Origin: an uncultured Hormoscilla sp.
GTDB lineage: Bacteria > Cyanobacteriota > Cyanobacteriia > Cyanobacteriales > Desertifilaceae
Direction: 5' to 3'
Assembly: GCA_963921275.4 (NCBI GenBank)
Contig: OZ001293.3
Span: forward strand, 6,432,001-6,496,000
DNA length: 64,000 nt
Shown piece by piece: positions 54,782 through 64,000 of the stretch. The notes below the pieces were generated by a model that saw only the letters and a list, made by a program, of their open reading frames with translations, was not told where the DNA came from and made no database searches. Positions within the stretch are counted from its first letter, which is position 1, and the number at the start of each line of letters is the position of its first letter. A program made the position numbers and the translations under genes.

Positions 54782-56614
54782 ATGGGTAAAACACGAACCT
54801 TGAGCGATCGCCTGCTACTCCAGAGTCGGCATCAACTATTAGAAGCCATGAAAAATCAAGTGCAAGGGCGTCTAGAGCAGTCCTTGCATCGCGCAGTACT
54901 GAAGGATCTCGTGAGAGATCGGCAAGCAGAACCGCTCCGAAGGGATATTAATATCAAGATTGGAGGTAGTCCTACTTTTCAGTTGCCGCCAGAGACAAGT
55001 CTGAGGGAAATATTCGACCAGAACAAGGGTGTCTGGCTGATTTTGGGGTTGCCAGGAGCTGGTAAAACCACGACCCTGCTAGAACTCGCTCAGGAACTGA
55101 TCGCAAATGCCCAAAGGAACCAACCCGTGCCAGTTTTATTCGACCTTTCAACTTGGCAAGGGGAGCCACTTGCCGACTGGTTGGTGAGACAACTTGAATT
55201 CAATTATAGCCTGCAAGTGAAGATTGGCAGAATGTGGCTGGATAATGGTCAGTTGCTGCTGCTATTGGATGGGCTAGAACGACTAGAGTTAGAGCGTCAA
55301 GAACAATGTATTGAGGCGATAAATCAGCTGCTGGAGAATGTTTCCGAACCGCTCAATATGATAGCTTGTTCTTGTCTGGAGGAGTCTAAATGCTGCAAAA
55401 ATAAGCTGCGATTAAATGGGGCGGCTTGGTTGCAACCCCTGAAAGATACTCAAATTAGAGACTATTTGGTCAGTGCTAGCAGTCGGGAACTTTGGCAGTG
55501 CATCTATAATGAACCGCAGTTGTTGGCCTTAGCAAAAACCCCGCTACTGCTGAGCGTGATGACCCTCGCAGATGAGGAAATTTTAATTCATTCCTGGAGG
55601 CGCATTACTTCCGATCTCGAACGGCATCAATACTTGTTGAATGCCTATATGCGTCGGATGTTGACAGTCCAGATTAACCAAGGGTGGTATGGGAGAGGTA
55701 AACAGCCGCGCCCAGAGTTAACTAGGCATTGGCTGATTTGGCTGGCAAACAGGATGAAACAGGAGAATTTAAGCGAGTTTTTGATTGAGAAAATGCCACC
55801 TACTTGGTTGCCAAATTCCACGCAAAGGCGAATTTATCGGCTGGGGGTGGGGGCGATCGGCGGGCTGACGATCGGGCTAATTACGGGAGTATCGGTCGGG
55901 CTGGTAACTGCTAATATAACTCAGGTGTCGATCGCGGGGATAAGCGCTGGCCTGCTGGCTAGCCTGTTGGCTGGGATGATGTCAAAACCGGAGAAAATTG
56001 TCATGAGCGATCGGGCGATATGGCCGGGAGTTCAGCTATGGCAGCGGTTGATTAATTTGCCCGGTTGCAAGTGGATTTTGGTGCTGGTGACGGGGCTAAT
56101 TTTGGGAAGTGTTTTGGGGTTAGGGCTGCGTTTCGGGCTCAGGACGGGGTTAGTTGCTGTTCCGGTCGTGGGGTTGGCAAGCCTAATTTTAGGGCAGATA
56201 ATGAGATTGACTATTCCTAATATTGGGGGCAGAACTTTTCCTAATCAGGGTATCAAGCATTCAGCAATTATATCTGGAGTAGTGGCGCCAACTGTGGGGT
56301 TGCTAGCTGGGGGAGTTGCGGGACTGTCGCGGGGATATTTTAGCAGTGGGAGTCATGGTTGGTTGGCGGGGTTAGTGGCGGGACTGGTAAGTTGGTTGGC
56401 GATCGCCCTTTATCCAGGTTTAGCTTGTATACAACATTTGATGCTGCGGTTATTGCTATATCGGAGTGGAGCAATACCCTGGAATTATGGGCGCTTTCTC
56501 AATTATGCTACAAGCAGATTGCTGTTGCAACGATGGGGTGGGCGCTATCAGTTCAGGCATGATTTGCTGCAAGAGCATTTCGCGCAACTGGAAGAGTTGA
56601 ATATTCGTTTTTAG
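54782..56614 (+). CDS. NACHT NTPase with a C-terminal multi-TM region
   Basis: GLPGAGKTT Walker A, LLLLDGLE Walker B, Gly-rich TM helices, GGRYQFRH. Confidence 0.85.
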   Translation: MGKTRTLSDRLLLQSRHQLLEAMKNQVQGRLEQSLHRAVLKDLVRDRQAEPLRRDINIKIGGSPTFQLPPETSLREIFDQNKGVWLILGLPGAGKTTTLLELAQELIANAQRNQPVPVLFDLSTWQGEPLADWLVRQLEFNYSLQVKIGRMWLDNGQLLLLLDGLERLELERQEQCIEAINQLLENVSEPLNMIACSCLEESKCCKNKLRLNGAAWLQPLKDTQIRDYLVSASSRELWQCIYNEPQLLALAKTPLLLSVMTLADEEILIHSWRRITSDLERHQYLLNAYMRRMLTVQINQGWYGRGKQPRPELTRHWLIWLANRMKQENLSEFLIEKMPPTWLPNSTQRRIYRLGVGAIGGLTIGLITGVSVGLVTANITQVSIAGISAGLLASLLAGMMSKPEKIVMSDRAIWPGVQLWQRLINLPGCKWILVLVTGLILGSVLGLGLRFGLRTGLVAVPVVGLASLILGQIMRLTIPNIGGRTFPNQGIKHSAIISGVVAPTVGLLAGGVAGLSRGYFSSGSHGWLAGLVAGLVSWLAIALYPGLACIQHLMLRLLLYRSGAIPWNYGRFLNYATSRLLLQRWGGRYQFRHDLLQEHFAQLEELNIRF

Positions 56615-56945
56615 TAAGCACGAAGCGTGCTTCCGGGTTCTCTCGTTCCCTGCCCTGTGTCCCCCGGGTAGTGCGACTACCCGGGGGACACAGCCAGAGT
56701 CAGGGAACGTTCATCGGAGGCTCTGCCTCCAAAGTAAATCAACAACGAGTGTTTAATCTTCTCGCAGGAGGCATCCGCCTCGAAGGGATGTTTCGTTCCC
56801 TGTGTCTCGCAGGGAACGAGTGTAATTAGCTGAGGAGTTTCTTTATCTAACATAGCTGTAGGTTTTCCGATCGAGTTCTGCCAGCATCCTAGCTAATTTA
56901 GTACTCGCGAGATTTGGTAGCATCAATTCCCAGCCAACGGCGAAT

Positions 56946-57658
56946 TTATCTTTGTCTCCCAAGTGGCGATAGCCCTAATATATGTAACTGGTAAGTAAAG
57001 CTATCTTCATTATCGTCGTCAGTAGTGGAGAAAGTCCCTACAACGCTACCCAATGTAGAGTTTTCATCGATGCTGCCGCTGCTGAAGTTGATGTCGGTAG
57101 GAGGCTCGGCAACATTGTTGATGCCAATAGCCAAGGCCTCCGAGTAACTGGCCCCAGTCTCGTCGGTAGTCTGGACGCGGATGCGCCGTTGCCGCCGTTC
57201 TCGCCGGGGCCGCCGTTCATGCCATTATTACGAGGAAAAGAAGTAAAATTAGCATTACCACCCACCCTTCCCGTGCCGCCATTGCCACCCATGGCGCTAT
57301 TATTCTGGAAAGTGCTATCGGTCACCGTGACCGTCCCGTTAAAGACAAACAGGGCACCGCCCATGCCTGCCGCCCCGCCGCCGCCATCGCCTCCCCGGGC
57401 CCGGCCGTTGCTAAAGGTCAGGTTATTGAAATTGACTGTACCGCTTCTGACAAAGAACAGCCGGTATTGGTTGCTGCCATTAATGGTGTTGTTGTTCCCA
57501 TCTATCGTGAGCTGGTCGTCTTCTTCAATAAGGGGTAGCAACCCTGCCAGGGTAATATCTCCCGTGATGTTAATGGTATCTGCCTCACCGTTATTCGCGG
57601 AAGTGGTAATGGCTTGGGATAGTTCTGCTGCTGTGTCTACGTTGTCAAATATAGCCAT
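56946..57658 (-). pseudogene. Gly-rich surface protein (paralog of 27348), deleted and fused to a cadherin-like fragment
   Basis: MAIFDNVDTAAELSQAI..RLFFVRSG; downstream IDENSTLGSVVGTFSTTD. Confidence 0.8.
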
Positions 57659-57943
57659 AATATCTCCTGATGTAAGAGATGAACTTTTTTAGGGGTTGGT
57701 CACTAGCGACCTTGAGGGAAGCTAGCTAAAAGCTATCTATAGTAGCATTTCCTGCTTTGTTAGGGAAGGAATTAATTATACTTCATTTTTTGGTTCCTCA
57801 TTGGGAACAGCAAGTTCGCCACAGGTGATAAGTAGTAACCGGTGACGTTTTGGGCCCTCAGAAGGGTGCGGTCATAAATAGTTGATAGCCGGGTGCATCG
57901 ATGATGCATGTAATATAGCCCGCAAGGTCGAACTACGAACTAC

Positions 57944-58040
57944 TTACCAACGGGCGCAAGACCACACCTCCGATTTTACTCCGGCCAAGGAAGTGCTTAC
58001 TCCGGCCAAGGAGGTGCTTACTCCGGCCAAGGAGTTACTC
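57944..58040. repeat. 21-bp tandem array (TTACTCCGGCCAAGGARGTGC) with a conserved end motif; inverted copy at about 7645-7757
   Basis: Direct comparison of the two segments. Confidence 0.8.
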
Positions 58041-58067
58041 AACTGCCTTTCGGTAATCTTGTCTCAC

Positions 58068-58367
58068 GTCAAAGCAAAAGGTTGTGACGCCACCGAATGA
58101 CTCTCGTACTCGGTGGAATGATTCAGTTACTCCTGGAAATGAACAGTTACTCCTGGAAATGACTGAGTTTTCCCGGGAATAACTGAGTGACTCAGTTATT
58201 CCCGGATAAAATATCTCCATTGTTAAGGGGCGTGAGCGCAGGCTGCGACCTTGGAGGCCAATGCCATTTAGGGAGAAAGCCCAGAGTCGGCTGAGATGTC
58301 TAAAGGGCGCACTACTCGTATTGCCCTTACGACATAGACATTTTGTCCCGTCAAGTGATGGGTGCGG
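58068..58367 (-). repeat. Inverted copy of the about 300-bp repeat at 26525-26833
   Basis: Direct comparison. Confidence 0.85.
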
Positions 58368-58599
58368 CTCAAAAGTAGTTGAATTAGTAGAGCAATTTTG
58401 GTCATCTTTTTTTACGTCGAGCATAGCTTCGATGTCTCCGGAGAGCTTTCGGTGTCCGTCATTAAGCCCGCGCCGGCGAGTATGGAATGTGTAGCCGGAC
58501 CATGCACGGGTTCGCGATCAATCAAATCTCAATTCTGACGCGCACCTTCAAATTAGTTAAGCCAAAAACTTGTTTACTATCTGACTCATCCAGGCGGTA

Positions 58600-58773
58600 A
58601 GTAATGTTGTTGTTCCCATGTATCGTGAGTTGGACGTCCTCTTCAATAAGGGGTAGCAACCCCGTCAGGGTAATATCTCCCGTGATGTTAATGGTATCTG
58701 CCTGACCGTTATTACTGGAAGTGGTAATGGCTTGGGATAGTTGTGCTGGTGTGTTGACGTCAAATTGAGCCAT
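58600..58773 (-). pseudogene. N-terminal stub of a third Gly-rich surface protein paralog
   Basis: MAQFDVNTPAQLSQAI..; its upstream ~90 bp duplicates the region upstream of 57658. Confidence 0.8.
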
Positions 58774-59958
58774 TCCGATCTCCTAATGATGAGGATGAAC
58801 TTTAGGAGGGGTTGGTCACTGGCGACCTTGAGGGAAGCTAGCTTTTAGCCATCTATAGTAGCATTTCCTGCTTTAACTACAGTCATTAAAACATATTTTA
58901 CGGAAATTATCATCAATTATTTGCTACTATACTGTCGGAGTTGGGTATCTCTCAATTTAACCCATATTTCGCAACCTCATACCCCAGCAGGTTTCCTACG
59001 ACGCTGGCTTTCTTCGTCTACGATTCGTCTACGAAATGAATCACTTGCTGAAAAGCGGTCTTTTATATCTACCCGTCCTATTTGTTTCACGCTTCCCATA
59101 CATAGAGTCCCCCGAGTACGAATCTTCCGTGCCTGAGCACGAATCTTCCGTGCCCGAGCACAGGTGACATCATCGTTGTCATCGTCATAGGTATAGGTTC
59201 CTCAACCGAGAGGTTTCAAACCCCAACCGAGAGGTTTCAAACCCTAACTGAGAGGTTTCAAACCTCAACCGATCGGCACCGGTTAGCAGCTAGTATAGTG
59301 CCGGTTGAGGTAAAAGTACCCTCCCTAGAACGGGTGCTGCCTGGGTGTGGTCTCTGACCGCACCTGTAAGCTACCCTTCACTTGTTGGTATTGAAATCGA
59401 ATCTGCAATATCTCCGCTAATTCCTCTACTCCTACGTCACTCATCGCGGGCCTCTTGTTAAAACAATTATCACCGGGTGCATTCATCCCCAGCCACTGTA
59501 TCCTTGACAATCTGGTAATCTTGATTACCATCACTTGTGGCGAGATTTATTGCGATCGCGAGACAGTTTTACCGCATCTGGTCTTCTCCGGGCAGGCGAG
59601 AGTACAGGATTTTGTCAACAGCGAGCCGTACTTGACACTGTGTCGCTTAGCCCAGGTATTTAGCGAAACCGCAGAGGTAAATAATGGACCGGCCCGGACA
59701 GTGGGCTTGCTGCTGAAGATAGTGCTGATCTGCCGCAAGGTGAAGCCATACCTGGAAAAGCGACTGGCGCTTTTGTACAATCACTACGAGTCCTGTACCC
59801 GAGATGCAGTACAGTGGTTAATCGAAGCCTTTGAACATGTGAATCTGGCTTTGAGTGCCAACTTTGGTGCTGTCGATCTGTCTCTGATTACCCCTAAGTC
59901 AGCCGTTGGGATTAGCATGGAGATGGTAGATATTCTAGGTAAAAACCACCTCCAGCCC

Positions 59959-61398
59959 ATGAGTTCAACCGATCTCGATCGAGAACTAGACAGTACCATT
60001 TCTAGCTTTGCACAAATGCAGGCAGATCTAAACTACTTCCACGCCCAAGATGCTTTGCGCTCTCTAGTGGCCTCTCTTGATTTGACTCAGCGGGAGCGAT
60101 CGGGACTGGAGTCGCAAATCGAAAGTCTGGAAGCCATGCTGGACAAGTTAGAGCGCAGTTGCGTGTATATTGCTGTATTTGGCATTGTCGGACGAGGTAA
60201 ATCTTCAGTCCTGAACGCTCTCCTGGGTGAAAATTTGTTTACAACCGGTCCCACTCACGGCGTCACTCGTGCCATTAACCGGGCGGATTGGACAGTTAAC
60301 CTCCAACCGGTACCAGGGGACTGGTCCGATATTGTCCGAGTCACGCTACAAAGTCAAGGACAATCTCAGGTGCAGTTGATAGATACCCCTGGAATAGATG
60401 AGGTAAAGGGTGAAGAACGAGCGGCCTTGGCCCGTCAGGTGGCGAAACAGGCAGATCTGATTCTGTTTATTGTGGCTGGTGATATTACTAAGGTAGAGTA
60501 CGAGGCCCTCTCAGAATTGCGATCGGCCAGTAAACCAATTGTACTGGTGTTTAATAAGATTGACCAATATCCGGATGCTGACCGGATGGCAATTTATCAC
60601 AAGATTCGGGATGAACGGGTGCGTGAGTTGCTATCCCCCGATGAAATTGTGATGGCCTCGGCGTCACCGTTGGTGGCCCAGGCGCTGAAGCGCCTAGATG
60701 GCAGTATGGGGGTGCAGCTGACTCGCGGTAAACCCCAGATAGATGATTTGAAGCTGAAAATTCTGGAGATTTTAGACCGAGAAGGTAAGTCTCTGGTGGC
60801 CCTGAATACTATGCTCTATGCAGATGAAGTGAATGATCAGTTGGTGCAGCGGAAGATGACCATTCGGGAGGCGAACGCTAATCAGATTATCTGGAATGGA
60901 GTGATGGTCAAAGCTCTCGCGATCGCCCTCAACCCGGTAACAGTCCTAGACATCCTCAGTTCTGCCACCATTGACATTGTCATGATTCTCACCTTATCCA
61001 AACTTTATGGTATTAACATGACCCAGAAGGGAGCCATTAATCTACTGCAAAAGATTGCCTTGACAATGGGAGGAATTAGTGCCAGCGAACTATTAGCTTC
61101 CTTAGGACTAAGTGGGCTGAAAGGGTTATTAGGAATAGCTGCACCTGCCACGGGTGGCGCATCTTTGGCTCCCTATCTGTCAGTGGCGATCGCCCAAGCG
61201 GGGGTAGCGGGGGTTTCCTCCTATGGCATCGGACAGGTGACCAAAGTTTATTTAGCTAATGGTGCAGCATGGGGGCCCGATGGTCCCAAAGCAGTTGTGA
61301 ACCGCATTCTCGCTTCTTTGGATGAAACGTCAATCTTGAGTCGGATCAAAGATGAATTGCGGTCTAAATTAGATTGGCGATCAGGAGCATCTCAATGA
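59959..61398 (+). CDS. GTP-binding protein (Era/MMR_HSR1-like with a DUF697-type C-terminus)
   Basis: GIVGRGKSS, DTPG, NKID; probable start MSSTDLD at 59959. Confidence 0.88.
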   Translation: MSSTDLDRELDSTISSFAQMQADLNYFHAQDALRSLVASLDLTQRERSGLESQIESLEAMLDKLERSCVYIAVFGIVGRGKSSVLNALLGENLFTTGPTHGVTRAINRADWTVNLQPVPGDWSDIVRVTLQSQGQSQVQLIDTPGIDEVKGEERAALARQVAKQADLILFIVAGDITKVEYEALSELRSASKPIVLVFNKIDQYPDADRMAIYHKIRDERVRELLSPDEIVMASASPLVAQALKRLDGSMGVQLTRGKPQIDDLKLKILEILDREGKSLVALNTMLYADEVNDQLVQRKMTIREANANQIIWNGVMVKALAIALNPVTVLDILSSATIDIVMILTLSKLYGINMTQKGAINLLQKIALTMGGISASELLASLGLSGLKGLLGIAAPATGGASLAPYLSVAIAQAGVAGVSSYGIGQVTKVYLANGAAWGPDGPKAVVNRILASLDETSILSRIKDELRSKLDWRSGASQ

Positions 61399-61560
61399 AA
61401 GAAGAATTAAGAAACCCGGTTTCGCCGAAGTTACCAGGTTTCTGGGTTACTGAATTGATCTTGACAACCTCGGCACAGGGGAGTTATAATAAATTTGGAG
61501 CGAAAGCAGATGTAATGTTATGCTCCATAACAGAGATAGAAATAATTGAGGCAATAGGTT

Positions 61561-62083
61561 ATGACTCTAGATCAACTTGAAGCAGAAGTTCTTGCTCTCC
61601 CAAAAGATTCTCTTGTCAAACTACTTGCTCGACTGATTGAGCAGTTGGACCAACTTAGTGACATCGATCAGCAGATAGCATAACTGGGTCGAAGAAGCTG
61701 AAGCACGCGATCATGAGATGGCTACTGGCAAAGTTATCGGTCGTCCCGCTAATGAGGTTTTTCAACGGCTGCGCGGATATTTAAAATGAAAACAGTTGAA
61801 TTTAATCCATTGGCAGACAAAGAATTGACAGATGCTGTTGTCTACTACGAAGAACAAGAAGCAGGTCTGGGATTAGAGTTTATGGAGGCAGTGGAACAAG
61901 CAGTTAACGTAACTGATGCGCTATCCAGCAATAGGTTTAAAAGTTGGAGCTTCTATTCGTCGCTTAGTACTGCAAAGATTCCCATACTTGCTACTGTATC
62001 GCATTTTATCAGATGAAGGTATCCGTATTTTAGCAGTAGCGCATCATCAGCGAAAACCTCAGTACTGGCTCGATCGCGAGTAG
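61561..62083 (+). pseudogene. Addiction-module antitoxin and ParE/RelE toxin, both frameshifted
   Basis: MTLDQLEAEVLALP..WVEEAEARD; MKTVEFNPLA..RFPYLLLYR..ILAVAHHQRKPQYW across frameshifts. Confidence 0.8.
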
Positions 62084-62536
62084 CAATCTCTGTAGAATGG
62101 TCTACTATAATATTAAGGAATTATGTAGGGTGGGCACTGGCTAGGCTGTTCGCTTTGTTCGATGGCTCCGGAAAAAAATCATGCACTTTTTGTGTAAAGT
62201 TATGAGACCGTGGATCGATTTCTCTATATGAATTGTAGGCGATCGCGTCGAGCACGATACGGTCCTGAACGATCTGGCCCGAAAAAGGCGAGCGCAATAT
62301 TCACCCGGTAGCACTGCCCACCGTGCCCACCGTAACGAGAACCGGTAGCGTATCAGCATTTGCGGACTAGACTGTTCTAGATCGAACAACCTGTTTTCTG
62401 GGCTACTTATAGTTTCACAAAAACATTACCGAGAGGTAGTTTACAGAGGAGTAAAAAATACTGCCGCTTTGTCAATCACAGACCTAAGTAATCTATAATA
62501 GAGGTATGGCAAGATATTCAAACAGGTGCAGGTAAA

Positions 62537-63313
62537 ATGGATTGGCAAGAAATTGCAGATAACTGGGTATTAATTCCCCGTCATCCGATCGGGATAGTAC
62601 ATTTTCTTGGAGGTGCCTTCGCCGCCCCAGCTCCCCAACTCACCTATCGCTGGTTACTGGAAGCCCTGGCCCAAAAGCGACATCTGGTAGTGGCGACGCC
62701 CTTTGTGCAGACACTGAACCATAACGCGATCGCCCTTGAAGTCCTCAAAGCCTTTGAGACAACCACCGAACGCTTACAAAAATCAGCCACGTTATCGAAA
62801 GCCTATCTTCCCATCTACGGAGTCGGACACAGCCTGGGTTCCAAGCTGCATCTGCTCATTGGTAGCCTATTTGAGGTATCTCGTGCGGGGAATATCCTCA
62901 TGTCCTATAATAATCACCCCGCCCGTCGCGCTATCCCCTTGGTCGAGCAACTCAACTTAACCCCAGCTTTCAATATCGAGTTTACTCCAACACCGGTAGA
63001 AACTAACCAGCTAATCGCTCAAGAGTACAGCATCGGCCGCAATTTGCTGATAAAATTCCAGAACGATGATATTGACCAAACAGCTAGCTTAATGGACCTC
63101 TTGCAAAAACGCTTTGGCAGTATGGTTGCCAGTCTGACCTTACCCGGAACCCATGTAACACCTTTAGGGCAAGATGTCAACTGGCAAGCGGGAAGAGAAT
63201 TTACGCCGCTGGATGCGGTAGGCCAGTGGGTAAAGCAAGAATTCTTATATAAAGAGTTAAATCAGCTCTTGCGGGAAATGAGCCGCTGGCTAAATCCCGT
63301 TTTACCTGTTTGA
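62537..63313 (+). CDS. DUF1350 family protein
   Basis: VHFLGGAF, GVGHSLG, LPGTHVTP. Confidence 0.88.
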   Translation: MDWQEIADNWVLIPRHPIGIVHFLGGAFAAPAPQLTYRWLLEALAQKRHLVVATPFVQTLNHNAIALEVLKAFETTTERLQKSATLSKAYLPIYGVGHSLGSKLHLLIGSLFEVSRAGNILMSYNNHPARRAIPLVEQLNLTPAFNIEFTPTPVETNQLIAQEYSIGRNLLIKFQNDDIDQTASLMDLLQKRFGSMVASLTLPGTHVTPLGQDVNWQAGREFTPLDAVGQWVKQEFLYKELNQLLREMSRWLNPVLPV

Positions 63314-63508
63314 TCGGAATTAGTCAAGTGGTCAGCAGCGCAGGACACGCAGCCCTGTGTAAGACAGGCGTCACTATCCCTCAGAAGTCAGTGGTATTAC
63401 AGGTAGCTGTGAAATGTTTTGTGCCAACTATGAAGTATGAAGTATGAAGTGTGAAATGTGAAGCGTAAAATTTTATCCTTAGTCCCCCCTGATAGCGTAG
63501 ACAAAAAA

Positions 63509-63957
63509 ATGAGCGATCGCGACAAATCCAAAGAACAGCTAATTGAGGAATTGGCAGCACTGCGCCGAGAAGTAGCCACACTGAAAATCACCAAACAAGC
63601 TTTCGATGCTCAAAATGAGCTAACTACTTCCTTATTAGCAATAAAGCAATCGGCGACTGGATAGCTAATGCTCAGAGCGATACTAATACAGACAGTGCAA
63701 ATTGCTAATAGGCTAACTGGCGCGATCCGCGCTGGGTTACGCTAAAGAATCAACCTTACACCGTTCGCTCTGCACTCTGCGTACCCATTTTTCAAGGTAA
63801 GCTGTTGGTAGGGATTATTACCATGATGCATTCGGTGCCAGAACATTTTACCCTTTCTACGAGCAGTGTAATCCAGATGATTGCTGCACAAATCGCTCTG
63901 GTACTTGACAATACTCGACTCTCGATGCTCCAAAACCAACAGCCAGTTCAAAGAGTA
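63509..63957 (+). pseudogene. GAF-sensor signalling protein remnant
   Basis: DKSKEQLIEELAALR, stop at 63662, later VRSALCVP..LVGIIT..QIALVLDN. Confidence 0.6.
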
Positions 63958-64000
63958 GGAAAAACAGAGTCCCAAGGGTCAAGTAGGGATAAATTATATG

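Overview
Cyanobacterial chromosomal DNA: the HIP1 octamer GCGATCGC is very frequent, heptamer STRR tracts are present, and there is a canonical fbp-tal-zwf-opcA cluster. Housekeeping genes are mostly intact (metH, cobA-hemD, coaE, cbiMQ, fbp, tal, opcA, glk, queA, dnaG, a wall amidase, a UDP-sugar epimerase). Accessory genes for defence, toxin-antitoxin, signalling, TPR and surface proteins are largely pseudogenes, which suggests ongoing genome decay. The main finding is a family of three related group II introns with no maturase ORF: in zwf (933 nt), in a small membrane-protein gene (834 nt), and antisense inside an RTX-type gene (1236 nt, including a 365-nt duplication). Each has a different EBS1 loop that matches its own insertion site, and removing each one exactly restores the host reading frame. 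The window also holds several families of very small mobile repeats, including 40-50 nt inverted-repeat elements that insert in frame into genes and elements that target HIP1. It further contains a probable IS200/IS605 mini-element, an internally deleted IS110 with a structured leader, and an IS5 with both filled and empty target sites. All calls come from reading the sequence by eye; no searches were run.
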